DNA of 64,000 nt, from positions 18,931 through 82,930 of IMG/VR virus record IMGVR_UViG_3300025320_000152; one strand, given 5' to 3'. This stretch comes from a virus. Its lineage: Duplodnaviria > Caudoviricetes. Positions 27,503-37,651 of the stretch are shown here, piece after piece (position 1 is the stretch's first letter; every line of letters begins with the position of its first letter). The notes beneath the pieces are model-generated. The model did not search any database and had not been told where the DNA came from. It was given only the letters and a program-made list of their open reading frames with translations. The translations under genes and the position numbers were made by a program.

Positions 27503-28366
27503 ATGGACTACAACTACGGATCCTTCGACGCGTTCTCCGACGCCCAGGGCGGCGAGAGCGTCTCGGCGATCGAGGACCCGCAGGGGGCGAACGCGGCCCT
27601 CGCGACCCTGTTCACCGACGAGCCCATGCCCGAGCCGCCGATCCCCGGACAGGACTACACCACCCTGCCGGTGGGCCTGGAGCGCGACGGGCAGCGCCAC
27701 CGTGAGGCGCGGGTGCGCGAGCTCACGGGCGCGGACGAGGAGGAGATCTCCCGGGCTGGGAGTGACCCGCTGCGCTACTTCGAGGCGATCCTCAAGGCCG
27801 GGGCGGTCTCGGTCGGCCCCTACCCGGCGGACGAGAAGCTGCTGCTGGAGCTGGCCATCGCCGACCGCGACACGCTCCTGCTCGCGATCCGGCGCGCCAC
27901 CTTTGGCGACGAGCTCGGCTGGGTCGGATACGAGTGCCCGAGCTGCCACAGCCTGTCGGACCTGAAGATCCCGCTGGACGAGATCGAGATCCGCGAGGTG
28001 CCCGAGGGATTGGAGCCCGAGTTCGTCGTCGCGCTGCGCAGCGCCTACGCCCTGATGCGCCTGCCCACCGGTGAGGACCAGAAGGCGCTGTTCGCGCGTG
28101 AGGATCTCAACCAGGCCGAGCGCAACTCGATCCTGCTCGGGCGCTGCCTGGTGGAGATGACCCGTATGCCGTCGGGGCCGGATGCCGTCACCGTGACGGG
28201 GTCGCTGAAGCTGGCCAAGTCGATGGGCCTGGCGGACCGCCAACTGCTCCTCGAAGGCCTCGACACGCACAGCTATGGCCCGCAGTTCGAGAAGTACTCG
28301 ATCATCCACGAGGCGTGCGGCGAGGAAGTGCGGGTGCCGATCAGCGTGGGGGCGATGTTTCGCTGA
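27503..28366 (+). CDS. tail assembly chaperone (probable +1 frameshifted form extends to 28526)
   Basis: VRELTGADEE motif; between tube and tape measure; ends ATG TTT CGC TGA. Confidence 0.75.
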   Translation: MDYNYGSFDAFSDAQGGESVSAIEDPQGANAALATLFTDEPMPEPPIPGQDYTTLPVGLERDGQRHREARVRELTGADEEEISRAGSDPLRYFEAILKAGAVSVGPYPADEKLLLELAIADRDTLLLAIRRATFGDELGWVGYECPSCHSLSDLKIPLDEIEIREVPEGLEPEFVVALRSAYALMRLPTGEDQKALFAREDLNQAERNSILLGRCLVEMTRMPSGPDAVTVTGSLKLAKSMGLADRQLLLEGLDTHSYGPQFEKYSIIHEACGEEVRVPISVGAMFR

Positions 28367-28518
28367 CGTCGACGCGCTCCAGGCGCTGCGCGAGTATCGC
28401 GAGCTCGCGGCGGTTCAGCAGGGATGGAGCCTGAGGGATATCAAGGCACTGCCGGTGCGTGAGCGCTGGTGGTGGGTGAGTACGGCCCGTTGGAGCGCGG
28501 AGAGGAGGGCGGCGGGCG

Positions 28519-31500
28519 ATGGCTGAGAGTGCGGCCGGGCAAGGGATCCTGGGCGTGGACCAGCTCCAGCGGCAGGTCGACGCTCTCACGACGAGCGTCG
28601 GCCAGCTCACCAGCGAGCTGTCCTCCTTCGTCACGCGCATCACTTCCGCTCTCTCGGGCGTCTCGAACGCGACCGCCGGAGCGGCGACTGCCTCCAGCGG
28701 CGCGATGTCCGGCCAGCCGGCGGGACGGGCGACCGGTACCGGCACCGGCGGATATGCCGCGATGGCCTCGTCCGGCGCACCGACGCAGACGATGGGGCAG
28801 AACGCCAACGGCGCCGCCGCTGGGACCGGCTCCCCCGGCGCACCGGTCGCGGCCGGTTCCGGCGGGATCAGCGGCAGGTTCCGCCAGTTCCTCTCCTTCG
28901 GAGGCGGAGGCGGCGGCGGAGGTGCGGGAGGCGGTGGCGTCGGCGGGATGAGCCGTGGCGCCACGTACACGGCGCTCGGCGCCGGTGTCGTGCAGGCAGC
29001 GGCCATGTACGGCACCAGTCACCTCAACACGTTCTTGACCATGAACACGATGGCCAACCAGCAGGTGATGAGCTCCGGGCTGCAGTCCGGAGGGTACGGC
29101 GCGTCGGTGCGAACCGCCACGTCCATGGTTTACGGCTCCGGTGGACGGAACCTCAACGTCACCGCAGCCTCAGTTCAGGATGCGGCACAAGCCGCCGGGA
29201 CGCTGTCGTACGCGATGGGCGCCCCGATGTACAACGCGAACGGCTCCCCGAACAGCGCCTGGGTCGGCGGGCAGTCCTCGATGTACCAGATGGGGTACGC
29301 CAACCCCACGATGTCGCAGGCCGCTGTCGCGGCTTCCATGCAGTCCGTGTACTCGCCGCGCTCGGCGATGATGATGTCCGCACTCGGCTACGGCAGCTCG
29401 ATCGGTACCGGGGGCACGCGAACGTCGATGTCCTCGATCGCCGACCAGGTCATGTCCCGCACGTTCCCGGGGCAGTCCGGAGCCGTCTCCTCGCAGACGA
29501 TGGCAGCCGCCCTGTCCCAGGGCGGCTCCCTGGACTCGAACCTGCAGTACCTGGCGTCCCAATCCGGGTGGAGCTCCTCCACAGTCGGGATGCTGGAGGG
29601 GTACCTGAAGGACCGCAACGTCGCGCTCGGCAAAGGAGTGACCTCCAGCCAGTTCGACACGCTGATGACGCAGGCGTCCAGCGGCGACAAGAACGCACAG
29701 TCTCAGCTGAGCCAGTACGGGATCGGCGCCTCCACCGTCCAGTCGATGAAGGATCTCCAGGGCGCGCAGACCGCCACGCTCGCGGACCAGTCAGGGTCCT
29801 ACAACGACGCGCTGCAAACCTCGACCGGACTGTTGACGCAGTTCAACCGGGCGCTTGGCAACATCTTGAACAACACCGGCCTGTCGAGCCTGATCGGCGG
29901 CACGTCCGGGCTCTCCACCCCATTCGGCTCCGCAGCCGCCGGGGTCGGGACGCTCGCTGGTCTTACCGGCCTGGGCGGCGGCAGTGGCGGGAGCACGGGC
30001 GGCGGCTCCGGGATGCTCAGCTCGCTCGCGATGAACCTCGGCCTCGGGGTTGCCGCACGCGGCTCCGGCACCCTCGCGCGTGCAGGCGCGGGCGCGCTCG
30101 GCTCGGGCTGGCGGGCGGCGTTCGGCGCGAGGGCTGCGGCGGGCGTCGGCGCGGCCGGTGGCATGAGTGTGGCCGGGCGTCTCGGCGTCGCCGGCGCGGG
30201 GCTTGCCGTGGGGTACGCCGGCGTGCAGGGCAACAACGCGCTGTGGTCCAACGTCGCCGGACACACCGGATCCGGGGACGACTGGGTCACCGACGTCGGC
30301 AAGGGCGCAGGCAACACGCTCGCCTACGCGGCGAGCGGCGCGCTGATCGGCAGCGTGATCCCCGGCGTCGGCACGGCGGTGGGCGCGGGTGTCGGCGCGG
30401 CGATCGGACTCGGACAGTCCGTCTGGGACTGGTGGAACGACAAGTCCGGGTACTCCGCGCGCTCCAGCTCGACGGTGAACAACGCAGCAACCTCGCCGTC
30501 GGTCTCAGTCACGGGCTCCAACGCGATGGGCGGGTACACCACCGGCTCGATCGGCGGCGGCACCGACAACGGCACGACCTCCACGGCCGGGCCGTCGTCG
30601 GTCACCCCGGCTCCGGGCGCGTCGGGCGCGACGACCGCGACGCTGCAGAGGGTGATCTCGGCGGCGGTCGCACAGGTCGGCAAGGAGTACGAGTACGGAG
30701 CTACGGGCCCTAACACATTCGACTGCTCGGGTCTGATGCAGTTCGCGTACGCGCAGGGCGGGATTCACATCCCGCGCACTTCCGAGCAGCAGATGACCAC
30801 CGGCTCCCCGGTCAAGCCGGAGGCCGCACTGCCCGGGGACCTGCTATTTCCTTATCCAGGTCACGTCATGATGTGTGTCAGCCCTGGCAAGGTGGTCGAG
30901 GCCAGGCACACCGGGACGACGATCTACATTCGCAGCTACTCCCCGTCGGAGTTCATCGCGTGCCGGCGGATCATCCAGCTCGCCTCGGAGGGCGGGACGC
31001 AGAACGCTGCGGCGTCCGGCGGCAACGCCGCGACCGGTGCGAGCCCGGCGACCTCGGCGACGGTCACCGGCGGCGGTCTTGCGGCGGGCACCAGCGAGCT
31101 GGACGCGATCAACGCGAACGCGCAGTCCGCCACCACGGATGCGCTGACCGCGTCGCTGCGGATTACGGCGGCCGACACTCCGTTCGGGCTCACCTCCTCG
31201 ACGCTGCCGAACTCGCTTACGGGGAACCCGCTCTCGAACCCGTTCTCTGGCGGGAACAACGCGGCGGTCTCCAGCGGGATGACGGCGACGAACAACACGG
31301 TCAAGGACATCTACGGGCACACGTACAAGGTGCCTTCAGGTGCGAGGCCGGCGGGGAACGTGGCGTCGTGGATCTCCCAGGCCCTGTCGGACATGGGGAT
31401 GGCGCCATCGTGGACGGCGGACGTCAAGGACATCGTCACCGGGGAGTCGGCGGGCGATCCGTGGAACATCAACCTGACCGATTCCAACGCGGCGCACGGC

Positions 31501-31989
31501 ACCCCGAGCGAGGGGCTGATGCAGACGATCGGGCCGACGTTCGCGGCGCACAAGATGCCGGGGCACACGGACATCTGGAACCCGGTCGACAACATCATCG
31601 CGGGCGTGCGCTACGCGATCGGGCGGTACAAGAACCTTGACAACGTGCCGGGCGTGCAGGCGGTCAAGGCCGGGCGGCCGTACGTGGGTTACGCGGCGGG
31701 CGCGTGGGATCTGCCAGCCGACCAGATCGCCAAGTTGCACAAGGGCGAGATGGTCCTTCCGGCCAGCGCGGCGCAGTCGGTGCGAAACGCCGTCATCTCC
31801 GACTCCCTCGGCGCCGGCAAGGGCAGCACAGCCGCGCAGAGTTCCGGGGTGACGCTGCACTTCAGGCCAGGGTCGATCCAGATCACGATGGGCCAGGTCA
31901 GCGCGCAGACCGCGCAGCAGGCTGGTACGGCGATCGTCGATTCGATCGTGTCGGACCCGAGGATCAAGAAGATGGCGGTGGGGTTGTAA
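28519..31989 (+). CDS. tape measure protein with NlpC/P60 and lytic transglycosylase domains
   Basis: GKEYEYGATGPNTFDCSGL...GHV; ESAGDP...SEGLMQTI; YAAGAW...LHKGEMVLP. Confidence 0.9.
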   Translation: MAESAAGQGILGVDQLQRQVDALTTSVGQLTSELSSFVTRITSALSGVSNATAGAATASSGAMSGQPAGRATGTGTGGYAAMASSGAPTQTMGQNANGAAAGTGSPGAPVAAGSGGISGRFRQFLSFGGGGGGGGAGGGGVGGMSRGATYTALGAGVVQAAAMYGTSHLNTFLTMNTMANQQVMSSGLQSGGYGASVRTATSMVYGSGGRNLNVTAASVQDAAQAAGTLSYAMGAPMYNANGSPNSAWVGGQSSMYQMGYANPTMSQAAVAASMQSVYSPRSAMMMSALGYGSSIGTGGTRTSMSSIADQVMSRTFPGQSGAVSSQTMAAALSQGGSLDSNLQYLASQSGWSSSTVGMLEGYLKDRNVALGKGVTSSQFDTLMTQASSGDKNAQSQLSQYGIGASTVQSMKDLQGAQTATLADQSGSYNDALQTSTGLLTQFNRALGNILNNTGLSSLIGGTSGLSTPFGSAAAGVGTLAGLTGLGGGSGGSTGGGSGMLSSLAMNLGLGVAARGSGTLARAGAGALGSGWRAAFGARAAAGVGAAGGMSVAGRLGVAGAGLAVGYAGVQGNNALWSNVAGHTGSGDDWVTDVGKGAGNTLAYAASGALIGSVIPGVGTAVGAGVGAAIGLGQSVWDWWNDKSGYSARSSSTVNNAATSPSVSVTGSNAMGGYTTGSIGGGTDNGTTSTAGPSSVTPAPGASGATTATLQRVISAAVAQVGKEYEYGATGPNTFDCSGLMQFAYAQGGIHIPRTSEQQMTTGSPVKPEAALPGDLLFPYPGHVMMCVSPGKVVEARHTGTTIYIRSYSPSEFIACRRIIQLASEGGTQNAAASGGNAATGASPATSATVTGGGLAAGTSELDAINANAQSATTDALTASLRITAADTPFGLTSSTLPNSLTGNPLSNPFSGGNNAAVSSGMTATNNTVKDIYGHTYKVPSGARPAGNVASWISQALSDMGMAPSWTADVKDIVTGESAGDPWNINLTDSNAAHGTPSEGLMQTIGPTFAAHKMPGHTDIWNPVDNIIAGVRYAIGRYKNLDNVPGVQAVKAGRPYVGYAAGAWDLPADQIAKLHKGEMVLPASAAQSVRNAVISDSLGAGKGSTAAQSSGVTLHFRPGSIQITMGQVSAQTAQQAGTAIVDSIVSDPRIKKMAVGL

Positions 31990-32843
31990 TGGCGGGCGGC
32001 GGAGGTTCCTCGTTCGGGGCAACCCCGATCGGCGCGACGGTCACCCCGGGCGGCGGTGTCACCAAGACCGTATATACGCAGCTTGCATTCGATCCGCGCA
32101 TCAACAAGCAAGCGCTGCTGGGCGGCCCGATCACCACGCAGATCAAGCACGGCAACGGGTTCGGCTACGAGCCGGAGTCGGGACTGGCGCACGGATTCAT
32201 CGTCCAAGCCCAATCCCAGGCGACCTCGGACGGCGCCCTGTTCGGCGCGGCATTCCTGTTCAATCCCTCGCTCGTGACGTTGCAGCACGGCATCGACAGC
32301 AACAGCTCGCTGGTGTTGCCGCAGTACCGGCGGCTGACGGCGGACACCGGCGTGTACGTGATCGGTCTTGCATCGACCATTGATATCAGCCTATTTTACG
32401 ACAGGACGTACGAGGTCAACACGGCGGTGCTGTCGAACAACTACTACACCGCGTACTCGCCGCTCGGGTACCTGATGAACGTGGGCGAGGCGCCCGAGGG
32501 CGTGTCCATCGCGCAGAACGAGGACCCCCGGCTGATCGGCGCCATCGCGGATGTCAACGCGTTGTATCGGGTGGCGGGGATGACGCAGCCGATCCCCAAC
32601 GTGACGTGGACGAACGACGCGGTCGGCAGTCAGACCGCGACGACGTCGACGACCACCGTCACAGGCCCGATGCAGCAGGTGCCGTGCTACGTGATGCTGG
32701 GCGCGAACATGGTCAGCAACACGCCGTTCTGGTATGGATATATTGATTCCATCGGTGTTACATACACACATTTCACACAGGCGATGGTGCCGATGCGCGC
32801 CGAGGTGGACCTGGAGATCACGCTGCTGCCGACGCAGTCCTAG
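31989..32843 (+). CDS. tail tube initiator / baseplate-associated protein
   Basis: FLFNPSLV and GYIDSIGVTYTHF...VPMRAEV motifs; synteny. Confidence 0.65.
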   Translation: MAGGGGSSFGATPIGATVTPGGGVTKTVYTQLAFDPRINKQALLGGPITTQIKHGNGFGYEPESGLAHGFIVQAQSQATSDGALFGAAFLFNPSLVTLQHGIDSNSSLVLPQYRRLTADTGVYVIGLASTIDISLFYDRTYEVNTAVLSNNYYTAYSPLGYLMNVGEAPEGVSIAQNEDPRLIGAIADVNALYRVAGMTQPIPNVTWTNDAVGSQTATTSTTTVTGPMQQVPCYVMLGANMVSNTPFWYGYIDSIGVTYTHFTQAMVPMRAEVDLEITLLPTQS

Positions 32844-32863
32844 AGACGAAAGAGTGTGGATCG

Positions 32864-33142
32864 ATGACGGTGAGCGCTAACTCCCGCTACGCGGGCCGCG
32901 TGATCACGCCGGTCACGGACGCCGACGGCGTGACCCGGCAGACGATCCTGCCCGCGCTGCCCGCCGACAAGGCCTACCAGGTGCGCTACTACACCTGGCG
33001 AATGACGGACCGGCTGGACATCGTCGCCTACCGCACCTACGGGTCCGAACAGTCCTGGTGGCTGATCGCGGACGCCAACCCCGAAGTGATCAACTGGCTG
33101 TCCGTGCCGGTCGGCACCGTCATCAGGATCCCCGTTGCCTAG
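32864..33142 (+). CDS. LysM-like / tail X-like baseplate protein
   Basis: DRLDIVAYRTYGSEQSWWLIADANP...VGTVIRIP. Confidence 0.85.
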   Translation: MTVSANSRYAGRVITPVTDADGVTRQTILPALPADKAYQVRYYTWRMTDRLDIVAYRTYGSEQSWWLIADANPEVINWLSVPVGTVIRIPVA

Positions 33143-34337
33143 CCCGGCGGCGCTGCCGCGCCTGACGGTCCTGACCCCCTCGATGGACCGTCACACCCTG
33201 CCGATCGCCGTGCAGATCAGGATGGCAGAGGGCGAGCACCAGATCGCGACCCTCACCGTGCTCACCCCGCTCGCCCGCGATCGGCGGGCGCTGGACGCGA
33301 ACGTACCGGCGAGCCTCGTGCTGCCCGAGGGCACGCCGGTGAAATTCGCGTGGGGCAGCTCCCTGGCGGACACCTCGATCTGGTACGGGTACGTCTCCTC
33401 CCGCCAAGTCCAATCCACCAAGGCGCAGATCGCGAACCCGCAGGCTCCGGTGGTGCCCGTGGTCTACACGCTGACCGGAATCAGCCGGCCGATGCAGTCC
33501 GCGCGCTCGCGCGCCTACACCGGGGTCAGCGCGTCGGCGGCGGCGCGCAGCGTGATCGCGGACTACGGCCTCGCGGCGTACGTGCAGCCGCACCCGCGCA
33601 TCTGGCCCGCCCTCGCACAAGGAAGCCTGTCGGATTTCGCGTGGCTCACCCAACTCGCGGAGAAGATCGGCTACCGCCTGAACGCGGACGTCGACCGGAT
33701 CACGTTCGCCGACGCCGGGACCGACCTGACCCCCACGTCCATCACGCCGCCGACGTTCAGCAGGGCCCTGCAGTCCGGGATCTGGGACTCGCTGATCGAG
33801 TTCGACCCTGCATCCGGGCAGTCGGATCCCTCGGGCAGCACGGTGGCCGCGATCACCTCGTACGCGGTGCGCCCCTCCTCGGGGACGGCGGCGGCCGTGA
33901 ACCTCGCGCCCGGGATCGTCGGAGCCGACGGCACCACGGGCGCGCCGACGTTCAGCAAGATCGCGTGCGGGAGCGCGCAGTCCTACGCGGACGCGGCGGA
34001 CAACGCCGCAGCGGAGGCTGCGGGCAGCAGGTACTGGGTGTACGCCAACGCCACGGTCGACGGGAGCTCGACGCTGCGCCCCGGGCGCACGGTCGTGCTC
34101 GGCGGCGACGGGGTGACCGCGGCCGATCAGGGGCGCTGGCGGATCAGCTGCGCCACCCACGCCCTGACCCTGTCCTCCCTCGGCCAGGCCACCGCGACCT
34201 ACTACGCGTACCTGGACCTCGGGCGCGATCAGTACGCGGACCTCGACGTCACCGCGCCCACCCCGCCGCTGGACCGCGCGGGCGCGATGAGCCTGGTCTC
34301 GGGCAGCTGGATCTCTCCCGGGACGGCGGCGCCGTGA
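33135..34337 (+). CDS. baseplate hub (gpD/VgrG-like)
   Basis: SDFAWLTQLAEKIGY; LRPGRTVVL; GRWRISCATH. Confidence 0.8.
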   Translation: MPSPAALPRLTVLTPSMDRHTLPIAVQIRMAEGEHQIATLTVLTPLARDRRALDANVPASLVLPEGTPVKFAWGSSLADTSIWYGYVSSRQVQSTKAQIANPQAPVVPVVYTLTGISRPMQSARSRAYTGVSASAAARSVIADYGLAAYVQPHPRIWPALAQGSLSDFAWLTQLAEKIGYRLNADVDRITFADAGTDLTPTSITPPTFSRALQSGIWDSLIEFDPASGQSDPSGSTVAAITSYAVRPSSGTAAAVNLAPGIVGADGTTGAPTFSKIACGSAQSYADAADNAAAEAAGSRYWVYANATVDGSSTLRPGRTVVLGGDGVTAADQGRWRISCATHALTLSSLGQATATYYAYLDLGRDQYADLDVTAPTPPLDRAGAMSLVSGSWISPGTAAP

Positions 34338-34912
34338 TTCCCTCGATCCTGCGCGGCACGGTGGTCACGGCAGCAGACCCCCTGAACCTCGAACGCGTGA
34401 AGGTCACCGTCCCGCAGGCGACCGGGCCCGCTGCGGTATGGGCGAGCCCGCTGCAGCGCGGCGCCGCCACGCCTCCGGCCCCGGGCAGCGCGGTGTGGGT
34501 GCTGTACGAGTCCGGGGAGGTATCTCTGCCCGTGTACGTCCCGGCGGCCGGGTGGAGCACCTGGACGCCGATCCCCTCGGGATGGGTGGCCGCCGGCTGG
34601 AACGCGTACACCGCGCAGTACCGGCTCGGGCCTGCCGGGGCTGTGCAGTATCAAGGCGAGCTCGACACCCCGAACGCCGGCAGTTCGACGACGATCAACA
34701 ACGGGTCCTCCGTGCTCACGCTGCCCGCAGCCCTGCAGGCCGCGCTGACCTCCTCGATCCCCGTGGGGCTCCTGCCGGGCGGGATCACCGGCACCACATT
34801 TGCGGTGCTGCGGGTCAGCGGCGCGAACGTCTCCGTGTACGGCGGGCCGTGGACGTACACCGGTGTCACGTACCTGTCCCTGGCCGCGCTGACCTACGCG
34901 GCCGATTTCTAA
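34334..34912 (+). CDS. baseplate spike (gpV/gp5 OB-fold)
   Basis: RGTVVTAADPLNLERVKVTVP...PGSAVWVLYESGEVSLPVY. Confidence 0.85.
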   Translation: MIPSILRGTVVTAADPLNLERVKVTVPQATGPAAVWASPLQRGAATPPAPGSAVWVLYESGEVSLPVYVPAAGWSTWTPIPSGWVAAGWNAYTAQYRLGPAGAVQYQGELDTPNAGSSTTINNGSSVLTLPAALQAALTSSIPVGLLPGGITGTTFAVLRVSGANVSVYGGPWTYTGVTYLSLAALTYAADF

Positions 34913-34923
34913 GGAGTCCCGAG

Positions 34924-35328
34924 ATGGCTACTGCCGCGATGGCAATCCCGTTCGCGATCGACGAGTCGGGCGCTGTGGCGACGACCCAGTCCGGGGTCCA
35001 GCAGCTCTCGGACCGGGTGACCGCGCTGGCGTCCACGCAGCCGGGGGAGCGGGTGATGCAGGTTCAGTTCGGAGTCGATACTGCGAGCCTGCTGTTCTCC
35101 CTCGGGAATCCGGCCGCGACCCAGCAGCTCGCGCTCGCGCTCGGTGACGCGATGAAGGTGTACGAGCCGGGGGCGGTGCTGACCGGGATCGTGCCGGTGT
35201 CGAACGCCGCGTCCACCGGTGTCGCGCGGATCGTCGCCACAGCGGTGGCCGCGTCGTCGCAGGGTACGACGTCGACCACCTCCGGCGTCGTGGTCCGCGC
35301 CGACGGAACCGTCATTACCACGTCATAA
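34924..35328 (+). CDS. baseplate wedge protein (gp25/gpW-like)
   Basis: TQPGERVMQVQFGV; VYEPGAVL. Confidence 0.85.
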   Translation: MATAAMAIPFAIDESGAVATTQSGVQQLSDRVTALASTQPGERVMQVQFGVDTASLLFSLGNPAATQQLALALGDAMKVYEPGAVLTGIVPVSNAASTGVARIVATAVAASSQGTTSTTSGVVVRADGTVITTS

Positions 35329-35362
35329 GTGTATTTCCATAGGCTGGTAGCGGAGGTGCTCC

Positions 35363-36844
35363 GTGGCCCAGCCGGTGATCGACTACACCGCGAAAGACTT
35401 CGCAGGCTTCGAATCCGCCCTGCTCGCGTACGCGTCGGTGGCCATGCCGTCTTGGACGACGCAGCAGACCGGCGACTTCGGGATGCTCATGCTGAACATG
35501 GTCTCGTACGTCGGGGACGTGCTGTCCTACTACGAGGACCGGATCAGCGCCGAGGCGTACCTCTCGACCGCGACCCTCCCGCAGTCCGTCGTGCAGCTCG
35601 CGGCGCTCCTCGGGTACACCCCGGCGCCCGCGCTCGCGGCCACCACCACCGTCACCCTCGTCTCGGACCCCACCACCCTCGACGCGATCACCGTGCCGGC
35701 CGGGACCGGCGTGATCACCGCGTTCCAAGCAATCCTCGACGGGGTCATCCAATTCGAGCTGGACGCGGCCGTGAGCGTCCCGCCCGCAGGCGGGAGCGTG
35801 AACGCGGCCGTCACACAGGGGGTGACGGCCGGAACCACGGCCCTGACGGCGGCGAACGGCACCAGCTACATGGTCGTCAACCTCGGCACCTCCGACGGCT
35901 CGGCCGAGCAGCAGTTCACCCTGCCCACCGCTCCCCTGCTGATCGGCACGCTCAACGTGCTCGTGCAGCTGCCGTCCGGCGCCGTGCTGTGGACCCAGGT
36001 CCCCTCGGTGCTGGACGCAGGACCGAGCGACACCGTGTACTCCGCCGCGACCGACGCGGCCGGCGCCACCGTGCTCAGCTTCGGCGACGACGTCAACGGT
36101 GCGATACCCCCGTCCGGGTGCGTGGTCAGCGCCGCGTACAGGACCGGCGGCGGATCCTACGGCAACGTCGGCGCCAACACTCTGATCGACATCTCGACCG
36201 CCGTCACCGGCGTGTCGGTCGCCTCCTCGCTCGCCGCGACCGGCGGCGCGGACGCGGAGTCGCTCGCGTCGATACGCACCAATGCCCCCCGGGCGTGGCG
36301 TGTGCAGTCGCGGTGCATCACCGCGCAGGACTACGCGGACGCGGCGCTCGCGATCCCCGCGATCGACAAGGCCAGCGCCTCGGCCGGAGCGATGGGCGCG
36401 GTCACCGTGTACGTGATGGCCGCAGCCGCGCAGACCCCCACGGCCACCCTGATCGCGCAGGCGCAGGTGCTCGTCGCCTCCCAGGGCGCGGCCGGGTCGA
36501 CGGTGACGGTGGCGGCCGGGACGGCGATACCGGTGAACATCGGCTCTGCCAGTAGCCCGGTGCTGCTCACGGTGCAGCCGACGTTCGACCGGGCGAGCGT
36601 ACAGACCGCGGTGACCCAGGCGCTGCAGCTCATGCTGTCGCCCGCCGCGACCGACCTCGGCATGGTCATCCCGCTCTCGGCCGTCTACTCGACGATCGAC
36701 CAGGTTCCGGGAGTCTCGATGGTCTCGATCCCCGTGTTCGCGCGCTCCGACATGGCGCAGACCTCGAACTATGACCAGTACTTCCGGGCGTGGGAGCTGC
36801 CGACGCCCGGCACGATCATCATCAACGCGTCCGGAGGCAGCTGA
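35363..36844 (+). CDS. baseplate J-like protein
   Basis: IDYTAKDF, YLSTATLPQSV...LGYTP, GGADAES...RCITAQDY. Confidence 0.9.
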   Translation: MAQPVIDYTAKDFAGFESALLAYASVAMPSWTTQQTGDFGMLMLNMVSYVGDVLSYYEDRISAEAYLSTATLPQSVVQLAALLGYTPAPALAATTTVTLVSDPTTLDAITVPAGTGVITAFQAILDGVIQFELDAAVSVPPAGGSVNAAVTQGVTAGTTALTAANGTSYMVVNLGTSDGSAEQQFTLPTAPLLIGTLNVLVQLPSGAVLWTQVPSVLDAGPSDTVYSAATDAAGATVLSFGDDVNGAIPPSGCVVSAAYRTGGGSYGNVGANTLIDISTAVTGVSVASSLAATGGADAESLASIRTNAPRAWRVQSRCITAQDYADAALAIPAIDKASASAGAMGAVTVYVMAAAAQTPTATLIAQAQVLVASQGAAGSTVTVAAGTAIPVNIGSASSPVLLTVQPTFDRASVQTAVTQALQLMLSPAATDLGMVIPLSAVYSTIDQVPGVSMVSIPVFARSDMAQTSNYDQYFRAWELPTPGTIIINASGGS

Positions 36845-37647
36845 TGGCGGCGATCTACCCGGTGGCGGTGCGCGCGTACACCGAGAAGATGGACTACACC
36901 GAGCTCGTCGACGCGCAGGACGTCAACGAGCTGCAAGACGAGGTCGGCGCGATCGAGCAGACCCTGGGCACCAACCCGCACGTGTACAAGGCCGCCGGTG
37001 CGGCGGCCACGACGTACAAGACCGTCGGGGCGCGCCTGGACTCGCACGAGGCGTCGCTCGCGAACCAGCAGTCTGAGATCAACACGATCCTCGCGGCGAG
37101 CAAGGTCGGGTGGGCCACGCCGGCGTTGACGGTCACGGGATCCGTGTTCCCGGGGATCCGCACCATCCTGCCGGATCTGGGGCCCGCACCGGTGATCTGG
37201 ACGAGCTCGTCGACCGACATCGGTGACATGTTCATCGCCGGCGCCTCGGTCATCTCCATCCCCCTGGGCGGGCGGTGGAAGATTCGCGCGATGGGCAACT
37301 CCCCGGTCGACTGGCCCAACCTGAACGCGGCGCAGACCACGAACAACCACCTGGGCGTGCTGCCGATCCCCATCGCGTTCCAGCGCCTGATGCTGACGCT
37401 GTACATCAACGGGGTGCAGGTCGCCGCCAACTACGACGAACGCCGGTGGTATCCCCTGGCCCTGTCCGGCGGCAACCCGCCGGTGGGCTACCCCGTCTCG
37501 CCCTTCCAGCCGTGCCTGGACTGGACCGGCACGCTGACCAGCGGGATGCAGCTGCAGCTCAAGGCCGAGCAGTGGTATGGGGCGATGCCGTCCGCGTCGG
37601 TGACTATGAGCGTCGACTTCGACAAGTCCATCCCCGGAGTCGACTGA
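36844..37647 (+). CDS. minor tail / fiber protein
   Basis: VDAQDVNELQDEVGAIEQTLG N-terminal anchor; beta-rich C-terminus. Confidence 0.7.
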   Translation: MAAIYPVAVRAYTEKMDYTELVDAQDVNELQDEVGAIEQTLGTNPHVYKAAGAAATTYKTVGARLDSHEASLANQQSEINTILAASKVGWATPALTVTGSVFPGIRTILPDLGPAPVIWTSSSTDIGDMFIAGASVISIPLGGRWKIRAMGNSPVDWPNLNAAQTTNNHLGVLPIPIAFQRLMLTLYINGVQVAANYDERRWYPLALSGGNPPVGYPVSPFQPCLDWTGTLTSGMQLQLKAEQWYGAMPSASVTMSVDFDKSIPGVD

Positions 37648-37651
37648 CGAT

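Noticed and set aside
28880-28945. GGC/GGA runs in the tape measure gene as a DNA repeat element
   Set aside because: They simply encode a poly-Gly linker.
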